Origin: an uncultured Bacteroides sp.
GTDB taxonomy: Bacteria > Bacillota > Clostridia > Christensenellales > CAG-917
Direction of reading: 5' to 3'
Length of the DNA: 46,739 nucleotides
Assembly: GCA_964624745.1 (NCBI GenBank)
Contig: CAZUZK010000005.1
Coordinates: 7,131-53,869, forward strand
Shown here: positions 1 through 9,300 of the stretch, piece after piece
Layout: each line of letters starts with the position of its first letter
Numbering within the stretch: the first letter of the stretch is position 1
Translations under genes and position numbers: made by a program
The notes under the pieces: model-generated
Told to the model about the DNA's origin: nothing
Database searches by the model: none
What the model saw: the letters and a program-made list of their open reading frames with translations, nothing else

Positions 1-56
1 ATGCGATAAATGCGATGATAAACGCGCACGCGATTGCGCGCGCTACGTTTGCTTTT

Positions 57-265
57 GAGATGTTTTTTATCCGCGATTTTTTTGAGGAAACTGAATTTTC
101 GGAGTAAAGTTGTGTTCCTGATTTTTCTATGGAATACGAATTCGTCGAGATATGTTTTGTTTGTGATTTTTCCGTGGAAAATGAGTCGGTCGAGAGATGC
201 GTTATTTGTGTATTTTTTGTGGGGAAAGAATTTAGAGAAACGTTTTTTATTTGCGTTTTTTTTAT
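57..265. repeat. Degenerate ~45-bp tandem repeat, about 5 units
   Basis: Units start with GAG at 57, 102, 147, 192 and ~235. Units 1-3 align without gaps: GATTTTT at offset 18, GGAA at offset 29, then GA(A/G)T. Confidence 0.65.
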
Positions 266-445
266 GTTTTGAGAGCTTGCAAAGCTATTCGTAGAGGTCG
301 GCGATAAATTGTCGGATTGATTTTGCTTGACGGAACTTGAAAATCGCGTAGAAGTGTTCACATAAAAAAATATGTAGTTTTTATGTAAAATATGAGCAAC
401 TTTATTCTAGAATATGAATGATTTGATTCAAGAATATGAGGGATT

Positions 446-1537
446 TTATTCGCAGAGTTTGAGAATTTTTGCGGCTTTTTCGTCCAAATCAACCAAGGGA
501 CGAACGGGGGAGGTCTTTTCGCAATCGCTGTGCTTGAAAAAGAAATAACCGTCCGATTGCGCCAACAGCGAAAACAAGGCTTTCTTTTTTGAGGGCTTGA
601 AGGCAAGAACTGTGCAATAGGGCTTTTGCTCTTTTGCAAGCTCGATTAAATCTTTGGTTATGCCCAACGTTGCGCAAGCGGCAATTCTCTTTATCGTCGA
701 GCGAGTGTAGCGTTTGCTTGTGAGATTGAGAAATTCGCCCATATTGTTGAAATCGGCTTGTGAAATTCTGTTTTCCATACCCTCGCTGATATTTGCGATG
801 CTCTTGAGCTGTTGCGCCGTCATCGCTTTCATAGCATAGGTGGAAATGGTGTTGTATTTGTCTATATCGGTGTGATTTTCAAGATTTACGAATTGCGGTA
901 CGAAAGCGGAAATATCGCCGTTTTCATTCAAAATACCGCGAATTTTGGTGGAGGACAGAAATTTTTTGCCGTCGTCGGGCTTGCGCTCGACGGAATGATA
1001 TTGCACGCCCGAATATGCGGAGCCTGCTTTCATATATTCCACAGCCAAAATATTGTTGGGAGATTGAAGCATATTTGAAATGTCGGGACGGATTTGATCA
1101 AGAGCCATCGTGCGCGATTTTGCAACCGAATAGCCTTCGTTGAGAAAACCTTTGAGAAGATTGGACATATCTTTCGATTCGCTTCTCATAAATTCCGCCG
1201 CCATATTAAGGTCTTGAAGTTCGTCCGTTTCCGTGCCGAAGGACAGGGTGTAGTCGCCGAGCATCGATAAGGTTTTCAGCGCGCCTTCCGCAAAGCCTTT
1301 TGCACTTGAGAGCGAATATACCGTCGGAAGCTCGAGAACTAAATCCGCACCTGCCTGTATAGCCCAATTCGCGCGAGTGAACTTATCCTTGACGCAAATA
1401 TCGCCGTGTTGGGTGAAAGAACCGCTCATGACAACGACAAGAGCGTCTGCTCCCGTTTCGCGTTTAGCTTTTTTGAGCTGTTTCAAATGTCCGTTGTGAA
1501 ACGGGTTGTATTCGGCAATGACGGCTGTAATTTTCAA
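446..1537 (-). CDS. tmcAL: tRNA(Met) cytidine acetate ligase (YlbM, HIGH-family nucleotidyltransferase)
   Basis: N-terminal IAEYNPFHNGH (HIGH motif), VMSGSFTQHG, GADLVLELP, SFGTE, PNNILAVEY, SSTKIR, KRYT. TTG start with GAGGA RBS. Divergent from pta-ackA as is usual in Clostridia. Confidence 0.9.
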   Translation of the reverse strand: MKITAVIAEYNPFHNGHLKQLKKAKRETGADALVVVMSGSFTQHGDICVKDKFTRANWAIQAGADLVLELPTVYSLSSAKGFAEGALKTLSMLGDYTLSFGTETDELQDLNMAAEFMRSESKDMSNLLKGFLNEGYSVAKSRTMALDQIRPDISNMLQSPNNILAVEYMKAGSAYSGVQYHSVERKPDDGKKFLSSTKIRGILNENGDISAFVPQFVNLENHTDIDKYNTISTYAMKAMTAQQLKSIANISEGMENRISQADFNNMGEFLNLTSKRYTRSTIKRIAACATLGITKDLIELAKEQKPYCTVLAFKPSKKKALFSLLAQSDGYFFFKHSDCEKTSPVRPLVDLDEKAAKILKLCE

Positions 1538-1636
1538 AATAGTCCTCGTATTGTGTTGATTTTTGTTGCTGAATTATCTATAATTATATCAAATACAAAT
1601 ATAATTGCAATCAATTATAATGTTTTAGGAGTTATT

Positions 1637-2638
1637 ATGACGCAATTCGTTGAAAATTTGATGAACAGAGCAAGCAAGCTTAACAAAACGATCGCGCTTG
1701 CCGAGGGCTTTGACGCACGTGCCGTAAAAGCCGCCGAAATGCTTACCCGTCAAGGCGTATGCAAGGTTGTGCTTATAGGCAACGAAAATGAAATCAAGGC
1801 AAATAATCCCGACGTCGATTTGACGGGAGTGATTTTTGAAGATCCGAAAACCAGCGCAAATCGTCAAGAGTACGCGCATCTTCTTTACGAGCTTCGCAAG
1901 GCAAAGGGTATGACGGAAGAGCAAGCGCTTGAAATTGTGACGAACAACAATATGTTCTATGCTTGCGTCGCGCTTAAAAACGGCGACGTGGACGGCGTTG
2001 TCGGCGGTGCGGTGTACAGCTCTGCGGACGTATCGAGAGCTGCGTTCCAGGTTGTTAAGCCGGCTCCGGGAATCAGCTCGGTATCAAGCTGCTTCGTGAT
2101 GGTTCCTCCCGAGGAATTTAAGTATAAAAAGTATCCTGCATACATTTTCTCCGACTGTGCGGTCATTCCTTATCCGACGTCCGACCAGCTTTCGGACATC
2201 GTTGTCGCGGCTGCGGACAGCGCAAGAAAGATTTGCGAAATGGAGCCGAAGATCGCTATGCTTTCCTTCTCGACAAAGGGCAGTGCAAATCACGAATCCG
2301 TCGAAAAGGTCAGAGTCGCATATCAAAAGGTACGCGCGGAGCATCCCGAAATCAACGTTGACGGAGAACTTCAGCTCGACGCGTCCATCGTTGACAGCGT
2401 AGCAAAACAAAAAGCAGGGGACAGCAAGGTCGCAGGACAGGCAAACGTATTGGTGTTCCCCAACCTCGACGCAGGTAACATCGGCTATAAGCTTGCGCAG
2501 CGTTTCGGAAATTGTATGGCAATAGGTCCGATTATGCAAGGCTTGGCTCTTCCCGTAAACGATTTGAGCCGCGGTTGCGTAGCGGAGGATATTGCGGCGG
2601 TTGCGGCGATAACCGCTTTGCAATCTGTAAAAGACTAA
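1637..2638 (+). CDS. pta: Phosphate acetyltransferase
   Basis: Motifs SDCAV, AMLSFSTKGSA, DGELQLDASIV, FPNLDAGNIGYK, GPIMQGLALPVNDLSRGC. Start moved to ATG 1637 behind AGGAG RBS. Confidence 0.96.
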   Translation: MTQFVENLMNRASKLNKTIALAEGFDARAVKAAEMLTRQGVCKVVLIGNENEIKANNPDVDLTGVIFEDPKTSANRQEYAHLLYELRKAKGMTEEQALEIVTNNNMFYACVALKNGDVDGVVGGAVYSSADVSRAAFQVVKPAPGISSVSSCFVMVPPEEFKYKKYPAYIFSDCAVIPYPTSDQLSDIVVAAADSARKICEMEPKIAMLSFSTKGSANHESVEKVRVAYQKVRAEHPEINVDGELQLDASIVDSVAKQKAGDSKVAGQANVLVFPNLDAGNIGYKLAQRFGNCMAIGPIMQGLALPVNDLSRGCVAEDIAAVAAITALQSVKD

Positions 2639-2657
2639 CCGACATAGGAGATATAAA

Positions 2658-3848
2658 ATGAAAATACTCGTTATAAACGCAGGTAGCTCGTCTCTCAAAT
2701 ATCAGTTGATAGATATGCAAACGGAGCAAGCGGTGCTTAAAGGACTTTGCGAGCGCATTACGTCAGAGGGCGGAGAGCTTACGCAAAAGACGTCCGACGG
2801 AAGAGAACTTCACATCAAGCAGGATATGAAGGATCACAAGGACGCAATCGAGCTTGTTCTCAAAGCCATGGTCGATAAGGATTACGGCGCAATTCAATCC
2901 ACCGACGAAATAAGCGCGGTGGGACACAGAGTTCTTCACAGCGGAGAGGATTTCAAATCCTCGGTGGTTATCGACGACGAGGTTATCCGCATTTGCGAAA
3001 AGAACGCGGAGCTTGGACCTCTTCATATGCCGGGCAACATCGCTTGCATAAAGAGCTGTAGAGAGGTTATGCCAAACGTGCCTATGGTTGCGGTGTTCGA
3101 CACGACTTTCCATAGCACTATGCCTGCAAAGGCTTATATGTACGGTATTCCGTATTCGGTTTACGACAAGTACAAGGTGAGAAAATACGGTTTCCACGGC
3201 ACATCTCATAAATTCGTAAGCGAAGAAACAATCAAACTTCTCAATAAAAAAGACAGCAAAATCATCGTATGCCACCTCGGAAACGGCTCGTCCATTTCCG
3301 CGGTTAAGGACGGAAAGTGCCTCGATACGACTATGGGCTTTACTCCGCTCGAAGGACTTGTTATGGGTACGCGCTCGGGCGATATAGACCCTGCGGCAAG
3401 CGAATATATCCGTGCGAAGCTCGGTTTAAGCCCCGAAGAGCTTGTGCAGTATCTCAATAAGAATTGCGGAATGAAGGGCGTGAGCGAATTAAGCTCGGAT
3501 ATGCGCGACCTCGAAAAGGCAATGAACGAAGGCAACGAAAAAGCCAAGCTTGCGGTTGAAGTTGCGGCTTATCGTATCAAGAAATACATCGGCTCGTTTG
3601 CGGCAACGCTCAACGGAGTGGACGCAATAGTGTTTACCGGCGGTATCGGCGAGCATAGCGACCTTATGCGTCGTCTTGTTATGTCCGATATGGAATATCT
3701 CGGCGTTGATTTCGACTTCGAGGCAAACAAGCACCCCGAGGGCGATATAAGCGTGATTTCAAAGCCGACAAGCAAGGTTAAGGTGCTTATCCTTCCGACA
3801 AACGAAGAGCTGTCAATCGCAAGAGAAACGAAAGCGTTGGCGTTTTAA
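2658..3848 (+). CDS. ackA: Acetate kinase
   Basis: MKILVINAGSSSLKYQL, PLHMP, AVFDTTFH, RKYGFHGTSH, CHLGNGSS, MGFTPLEGLVMGTRSGDIDP, FTGGIGE, PTNEE. Confidence 0.97.
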   Translation: MKILVINAGSSSLKYQLIDMQTEQAVLKGLCERITSEGGELTQKTSDGRELHIKQDMKDHKDAIELVLKAMVDKDYGAIQSTDEISAVGHRVLHSGEDFKSSVVIDDEVIRICEKNAELGPLHMPGNIACIKSCREVMPNVPMVAVFDTTFHSTMPAKAYMYGIPYSVYDKYKVRKYGFHGTSHKFVSEETIKLLNKKDSKIIVCHLGNGSSISAVKDGKCLDTTMGFTPLEGLVMGTRSGDIDPAASEYIRAKLGLSPEELVQYLNKNCGMKGVSELSSDMRDLEKAMNEGNEKAKLAVEVAAYRIKKYIGSFAATLNGVDAIVFTGGIGEHSDLMRRLVMSDMEYLGVDFDFEANKHPEGDISVISKPTSKVKVLILPTNEELSIARETKALAF

Positions 3849-3902
3849 GCGGCTTAAAATCTCTCGCTAAAAGGCGAGTTGCTTGTAAAAGAAAGCTTTT
3901 GT

Positions 3903-3938
3903 CGGGCAATTTGGGAGATTATGCGCCTAAATTGCCCG
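3903..3938. terminator. Stem-loop after ackA, possible terminator
   Basis: TCGGGCAATTTGGG ... CCTAAATTGCCCGA inverted repeat. Confidence 0.5.
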
Positions 3939-3986
3939 AAAATATAAAAAAATATCAGTCAAATGACGGCAACTTCAAAAAAGCGT

Positions 3987-4015
3987 TTGACATCTTATCG
4001 TTTATTTTATATAAT
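3987..4015 (+). promoter_or_regulatory. Consensus sigma-A promoter of rpmF
   Basis: TTGACA (3987-3992), 17 bp, TATAAT (4010-4015). Confidence 0.85.
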
Positions 4016-4064
4016 CAATAAGCTGTGTAAAGCAATATGTTGCGAAAATATTGGAGGTAAGAAG

Positions 4065-4250
4065 ATGGCAGTACCTAAAAATAAAGTTTCAAAATCTAAA
4101 ACGAATTCCCGTTTTGCAAACTGGAAGCTTAAAACTCCGGGTCTTGTTGAATGCCCGCAATGCCACGAACTGAAGAAGAGCCACCAAGTATGCCCGAAAT
4201 GCGGTTACTACGATGGTGAACAGGTCGTTCAAAAAAAGAGCGATAAATAA
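4065..4250 (+). CDS. rpmF: 50S ribosomal protein L32 (zinc-binding C4 type)
   Basis: MAVPKNKVSK...CPQCHE...HQVCPKCGYY; GGAGG RBS before ATG 4065. Confidence 0.95.
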   Translation: MAVPKNKVSKSKTNSRFANWKLKTPGLVECPQCHELKKSHQVCPKCGYYDGEQVVQKKSDK

Positions 4251-4266
4251 TTGGTCGTAAGCAACG

Positions 4267-4299
4267 AGGAGCGATTTAATAATCGCTCCTTTTTCTTTT
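4267..4299 (+). terminator. Intrinsic terminator after rpmF
   Basis: AGGAGCGATT-TAAT-AATCGCTCCT followed by a T-run. Confidence 0.8.
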
Positions 4300-4335
4300 G
4301 TGCAAGTAAGCGTTTTTGCTTGCATATCCGCACTG

Positions 4336-4378
4336 TTTTACAAAATGCCTTGTAAAAATACGTGCGCTTTGTTATAAT
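4336..4378 (+). promoter_or_regulatory. plsX promoter with an overlapping palindrome
   Basis: TTGTAA (4350-4355), 17 bp, TG-n-TATAAT (4373-4378). TTTTACAA-N6-TTGTAAAA palindrome at 4336-4357. Confidence 0.65.
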
Positions 4379-4406
4379 GTACTCAACAAATCACAAAGGT
4401 GAGAAT

Positions 4407-5447
4407 ATGAGAATTATCGTTGACGCTATGGGCGGCGACAACGCTCCCGAGCAAATCGTTATCGGGGCGATAGAAGCCGTTAAGGAAGATAAAAATTTGT
4501 GCGTTACGCTTGTGGGCGATAGAAATAAAATCGCACCCGTAATGACGGATTATGAGAAAAATTCGGGAAAATACGACGGCTTGCGTATAGATATTGTCGA
4601 CGCAAGCGACGTTATTACCAACGACGATACTCCGACCGTAGCGATAAGAACGAAGAAGGAAAGCTCTCTCGTCAAGGCGTTCGACGCGCTTATGAGCGAC
4701 GAAAACGCCGGCGGCTTTGTATCTGCAGGCTCTACCGGCGCGGTGCTTGTCGGCGCGTTTATGAAGGTTAGAAGAATAAGGGGCGTATCCCGTCCTGCGC
4801 TCGCGCCCGTGCTTCCCACGTTAAAGGGAAACGGCGTTGTGCTTTGCGATTGCGGCGCAAACGTCGATTGTAAGTCCGTAAATCTTCAGCATTTCGCAAT
4901 TATGGCAAGCGCATACGCAACCGCTATGCTCGGAGCAAAAAATCCGAGAGTGGGGCTTCTTAACAACGGCGTAGAGGAGCATAAGGGCAACGAACTTGCT
5001 CAAGAGGCATTTAAGCTGTTGAAGGAGACCGAGGGAATCAATTTCGTCGGAAACTGCGAAGCAAGAGATATTTTAAGCGGAGATTTCGACGTCGTTGTGT
5101 GCGACGGATTTAACGGAAATATCGCTTTGAAATCCGCGGAGGGTACGGCGAATACCATGCTTACGCTCATAAAAGCAGGCGTGTACGCAGGCGGCTTGCG
5201 TACGAAGCTCGGCGCGGTTATGCTCAAGTCCGTGTTTAAGGACGTCAAAAAGAAAATGGACTACAACGCGCACGGCGGCGCGTGCTTCCTCGGCGTGAAT
5301 AAAGTTGTGGTAAAATCGCACGGCGCGTCCAAGGCAAAATCAATCACTGCAAGCATTTTGCAGGCAAAGGCACTTGCCGAAAACGACGTTTGCGGAAAAA
5401 TCAGAGAATGCGTGCAGGCGTTGAACGTGAGCGGTGAAGAGGAATAA
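4407..5447 (+). CDS. plsX: Phosphate acyltransferase PlsX
   Basis: MRIIVDAMGGDNAP, SAGSTGA, RPALAP, DCGANVD, GLLNNG, VVCDGFNGNIALK, VKSHGAS. Confidence 0.96.
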   Translation: MRIIVDAMGGDNAPEQIVIGAIEAVKEDKNLCVTLVGDRNKIAPVMTDYEKNSGKYDGLRIDIVDASDVITNDDTPTVAIRTKKESSLVKAFDALMSDENAGGFVSAGSTGAVLVGAFMKVRRIRGVSRPALAPVLPTLKGNGVVLCDCGANVDCKSVNLQHFAIMASAYATAMLGAKNPRVGLLNNGVEEHKGNELAQEAFKLLKETEGINFVGNCEARDILSGDFDVVVCDGFNGNIALKSAEGTANTMLTLIKAGVYAGGLRTKLGAVMLKSVFKDVKKKMDYNAHGGACFLGVNKVVVKSHGASKAKSITASILQAKALAENDVCGKIRECVQALNVSGEEE

Positions 5448-5455
5448 TCCGATAA

Positions 5456-6142
5456 ATGAGAAAAGAAGATATATCCGCAATAGAAAAAATTATCGGTTAC
5501 GAGTTCAAGGATAAAAATCTGCTTGAAAGAGCGTTTACGCACGCCTCCGCATCGAGAGTCGCAACGAAAAATTATCAGTCGCTTGAGTTTTTGGGGGACG
5601 GTATTCTCGATTTTATCGTTGCAAAAAGGCTTATGGAGATAAATCCCGACGCACACGAGGGCGCGCTTACAAGATTGCGCGCGTCTATAGTGTCTAAAGA
5701 ACCGCTTGCCGCCGAAATCGGAAAGCTTGGCTTGGAAAAATATTTGATAGTCGGAAAGGGCGAAAACGCAAAAGCGATAAGCTCGCAGGCTAAAATTATG
5801 TCGGATATTTTCGAGTCGGTAATTGCCGCAATCTATTTGGATAGCGGAAGCATCGAAGTTGCCGAAAAATTTATTCTGTCAAAGCTGTCGGATATGTTTA
5901 ACGGTAACTGTAAGCATGTCGGCGCTGAGGATTATAAGAGCAGGTTGAACGAGTTTTCCTCAAGAAACGACGTCGAGGTCGTTTATGAGGAGATAAACAG
6001 AACGGGTCCCGTGCACAATCCGACGTTTACCGTCGAGGTGAAGGTCAACGGCTTCGTTGCAGGCGTAGGCAAGGGAAAAAGCAAAAGAGAAGCCGAACAG
6101 GAAGCGGCTTGCAATGCCTTGGATAAAATAAGATTACACTGA
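5456..6142 (+). CDS. rnc: Ribonuclease III
   Basis: AFTHAS, NYQSLEFLGDGIL signature, SDIFES, C-terminal dsRBD (DYKSRLNE...GPVHNPTF...GKGKSKREAEQEAA). Confidence 0.96.
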   Translation: MRKEDISAIEKIIGYEFKDKNLLERAFTHASASRVATKNYQSLEFLGDGILDFIVAKRLMEINPDAHEGALTRLRASIVSKEPLAAEIGKLGLEKYLIVGKGENAKAISSQAKIMSDIFESVIAAIYLDSGSIEVAEKFILSKLSDMFNGNCKHVGAEDYKSRLNEFSSRNDVEVVYEEINRTGPVHNPTFTVEVKVNGFVAGVGKGKSKREAEQEAACNALDKIRLH

Positions 6143-6146
6143 AATT

Positions 6147-6172
6147 GGCCTTCGCAAGAAGGCTTTTTCTTT
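6147..6172 (+). terminator. Intrinsic terminator after rnc
   Basis: GGCCTTC-GCAA-GAAGGCT followed by a T-run. Confidence 0.7.
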
Positions 6173-6196
6173 AGCCTTTGGCAATTTTGCGTCGAA

Positions 6197-6318
6197 TGTT
6201 TCACAAAATCGGCGCATTTTTGAAAATAAAGAAAACGAATATCTAACGCTATATTTTTGCAAATTTCCGCATTCTAAATTTTACTGTTTCACGGTTTATG
6301 TGAAACATTTGTGAAACA
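6197..6318. promoter_or_regulatory. Four TGTTTCAC/GTGAAACA (parS-type) half-sites upstream of smc
   Basis: TGTTTCAC at 6197 and 6285; GTGAAACA at 6300 and 6311. Confidence 0.45.
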
Positions 6319-6331
6319 TCTCTAAATCCGC

Positions 6332-6360
6332 TTGAAAACTTCGGGTGCGTGTGATATTAT
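6332..6360 (+). promoter_or_regulatory. Sigma-A promoter of smc
   Basis: TTGAAA (6332-6337), 17 bp, TG-n-TATTAT (6355-6360). Confidence 0.7.
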
Positions 6361-6394
6361 TTATGAGTATTAAAATAAGGATTGGTATACGATT

Positions 6395-9300
6395 TTGTTA
6401 AATTTCGTCAAAATCGAAGCGAGGGGCTTTAAGTCGTTCGCGGATAAAATCGAGATTCCCTTTCAAGAGGGCGTAACCGCGATTATCGGACCTAACGGGT
6501 GCGGTAAGTCTAACGTTGCGGACGCTATTCGCTGGACCTTGGGTGAGCAAAGTGCAAAATCCTTGCGCGGTAAAAGTATGCAGGACGTCATTTTTGCAGG
6601 TACCGAAAAGCGTAAAAGTATGTCGTATTGCGAGGTTTCGCTTACTTTCAATAACAGCGACAGACATATTTTCCCGTCAATGCCCTTTGAAGAGGTGGTT
6701 ATCACAAGAAAGCTCGACAGAAGCGGCTTGAGCGAGTATTACATAAATCACAATCGCGTGCGTATGCGCGATATTATTTCGCTTTTCCACGATACCGGTA
6801 TCGGTAAAGAGGGCTATTCCATTATCGGACAGGGCAGAGTCGCCGAAATTATGTCCGCAAAGCCCGGCGACAGACGCCAGATTTTCGAGGAGGCGGCAGG
6901 TATATCCAAATTTCGCGCGCAGCGTACGGAGGCGGAACGCAAGCTCGAAAAAACCGCTACGAACCTGCAGACGGCAAACGAGGTTATTTCGGAAATCGAA
7001 AGGCAGATAAATCCGTTAAGGAAACAAGCCGAAACCGCTCAAAAGTATTTTGAATTGACCGACGAGCTTAAAAAGAACGAGGTTAATCTGTATATTTACA
7101 ATTACGAGAATAACCAGAGCATTAAGCAAAAGATTTACGATAGGCTCAAGGTCGCCGAAAAGGAACTGAAAATCAAGGAAATGCAGTTCAACGAATGCGC
7201 GAAAAAGTACGACGAATGCCTGCGTGAATCCTCGAATATCGACAGAATTTACGACGAGTGCAACAGCGAATTGCTTGCGCTTAAGGTTGACGCCGCCAGA
7301 TTGGAGGGCGAAGCCGGCGTTTTGAAGGAGCGTATCAAGAATATCCAAGGCGAAATCGTGCGCCTTAACAGCGAGCTTCAATCCATCGACGGACAGCTGA
7401 CCGCTTCGGCGCAGATTATTCAGGATACCGAGCAGAAAAAGGAAGCGCAATTCAACGCATATCTCGAATCGAGCAAGGAAGCCGAGGCGTTGCAGGAAAG
7501 ATACTCCAAGCTTACAAAATCCCTTGCAGGCGCGGAAACGGATTTGGAATCTCGCAACGTCGATTATATTCGCGCAATCGAGGATTTGGGCGCGCTTAAA
7601 TCAAATTTGTCGGGATTTATCGCCGAAAAGGGTATAAACGACGAGAGAGCAAAATCCTTGCTTACGCTTGTAAATCAGCAGAAGGCAAAGCTCGACGAGG
7701 AGCTTACAAATCTGTCCATATACGACGGCAAGGCAAAGGCTACCAAGGAGCGTATGCGCCAGACGATGGCAGAATACAACGAGGCCTTGTCGGGGAAAAT
7801 GGAGTGCCAAGAGGCTATCAAGGGATATGCAGAGGACATCGTTAGCCTCAATTCAAAGCTCGGACTTGCAAAGGGTAGCTTGGATTTGCTGACGTCTATA
7901 AAAAACGAGTATTCGGGCTATCAAGAGGCGGTGAAACGTCTTATGCAGGATTCAAAGCACGACCCGGTGCTTGCAAATAAAATATGGGGCGTGCTGGCTG
8001 AGGTTATCACCGTTCCGAGCGATTATGAAGCGGCAATCGAATACGCGCTTGGCGGCGCAATGCAAAACGTGCTTGTGGAAACAGAGCGCGACGCAAGCGA
8101 CCTTATCAATTATTTGAAGCAGAAAGGCTACGGTCGCGTTACGTTCAGACCGCTTACGTCTTGTCGTCCGCGTCCATTGACTCCCGAAAATCGCGGAGTT
8201 TTGACCGAACCCGGGTGCTACGGGCTTGCAAGCAATCTCATTAAATACGACGCTAAATTCGACGGATTTGTGCAGACGCTTCTCGGAGGAACGGTGGTTG
8301 TCAACAATATCGACAACGCCGTGCGTATCTTCAAAAAGTATAACCAATCGGTGAAAATCGTCACCCTTGACGGCGATATTTTCTCGCGCGGCGGCGAAAT
8401 TACCGGTGGTTCGAGAAGAAATCAAACGCAAGGCTTGCTTGCGCAGGAAAAGAAAATCGAACAGGCACAAGCCAATCTCGAAAAAATCAAGAATAATATC
8501 GCAAGCATGAACGCAGAACGCGACGAGAGAGAAGAAGAGCTTGCCGAATATGAAAAGAAAATCGAACAGCTCAATCAGCTTGTCAGCGAATTGCGTATCG
8601 AATACAGCTTGAACGAGGATAAGGCAAAGCAGGCTTTTGAGGTTACCGAAGCCCTGCAAGCAGAAATATCCAAAAACGCAAAGGAATACGAAATCGTCAA
8701 GGCTACGATAAAGGAGCTTCAAGAAAAAATCAGCTCTATTGACGAACTTGAAAAGGTAGTAAGCGAGAAGAGAGAGGAATATAACGCCTTGCTCGAAAGC
8801 TCCAAAAACAGCAATACCACGCAAAAGAGCGAAAGAGAAGAACTTGCCGAGCTTGTCACCAATGCGAGAATCAAGCTTGCCGAGCAGAAAAACGTTCTTG
8901 ACGGCTTCGAGCAGGATTTGTTTAGATTCAACAGAGAAAGAGAGGCTCTCGAGGACGAGAAGCTCGATTTGGTGGCGTCGCTCAAGCACGAACAGCAAAA
9001 ACTTGACGGCATAAGCAACGCTCCCGAAAAGACGGTGTTCTCAAAAGAGGACGAGGCGCGTATCGCAACGCTCGAGAAGCAGATTTCGGAATTTTCCGAG
9101 CGCAAGCGTACGATTGCAGATGAAATCGTTGCGCTAGACGCTCAAAAGTCGCAGATTTCGGACGAGCGCACGGCTATAACCGAAAAGAAATTCCGCGACG
9201 AAAATATGCTTGAAAACGTTGATATCGAAATAAGAAATCAACAACAGCATATTCTTGAAGAATATGATTTGACATATGCAAGCGCGGTTGAATTGCGCGA

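Noticed and set aside
57-265. 45-bp periodic region as a CRISPR array
   Set aside because: The units are degenerate along their whole length, with no identical repeat plus unique spacer pattern, and there are no cas genes in the window.
1406-1636. Long N-terminal extension of Pta in the ORF track
   Set aside because: It overlaps the divergent tmcAL gene; the RBS and family length support ATG 1637. Similar over-extensions were trimmed for rpmF, plsX, trmD, GDPD, cI, cro and the initiator.
6197-6318. Calling a bona fide parS or Rex site
   Set aside because: There is no contiguous TGTTTCACGTGAAACA 16-mer and no TTGTGAA-N4-TTCACAA arrangement; only half-sites, so it is kept as a hypothesis.
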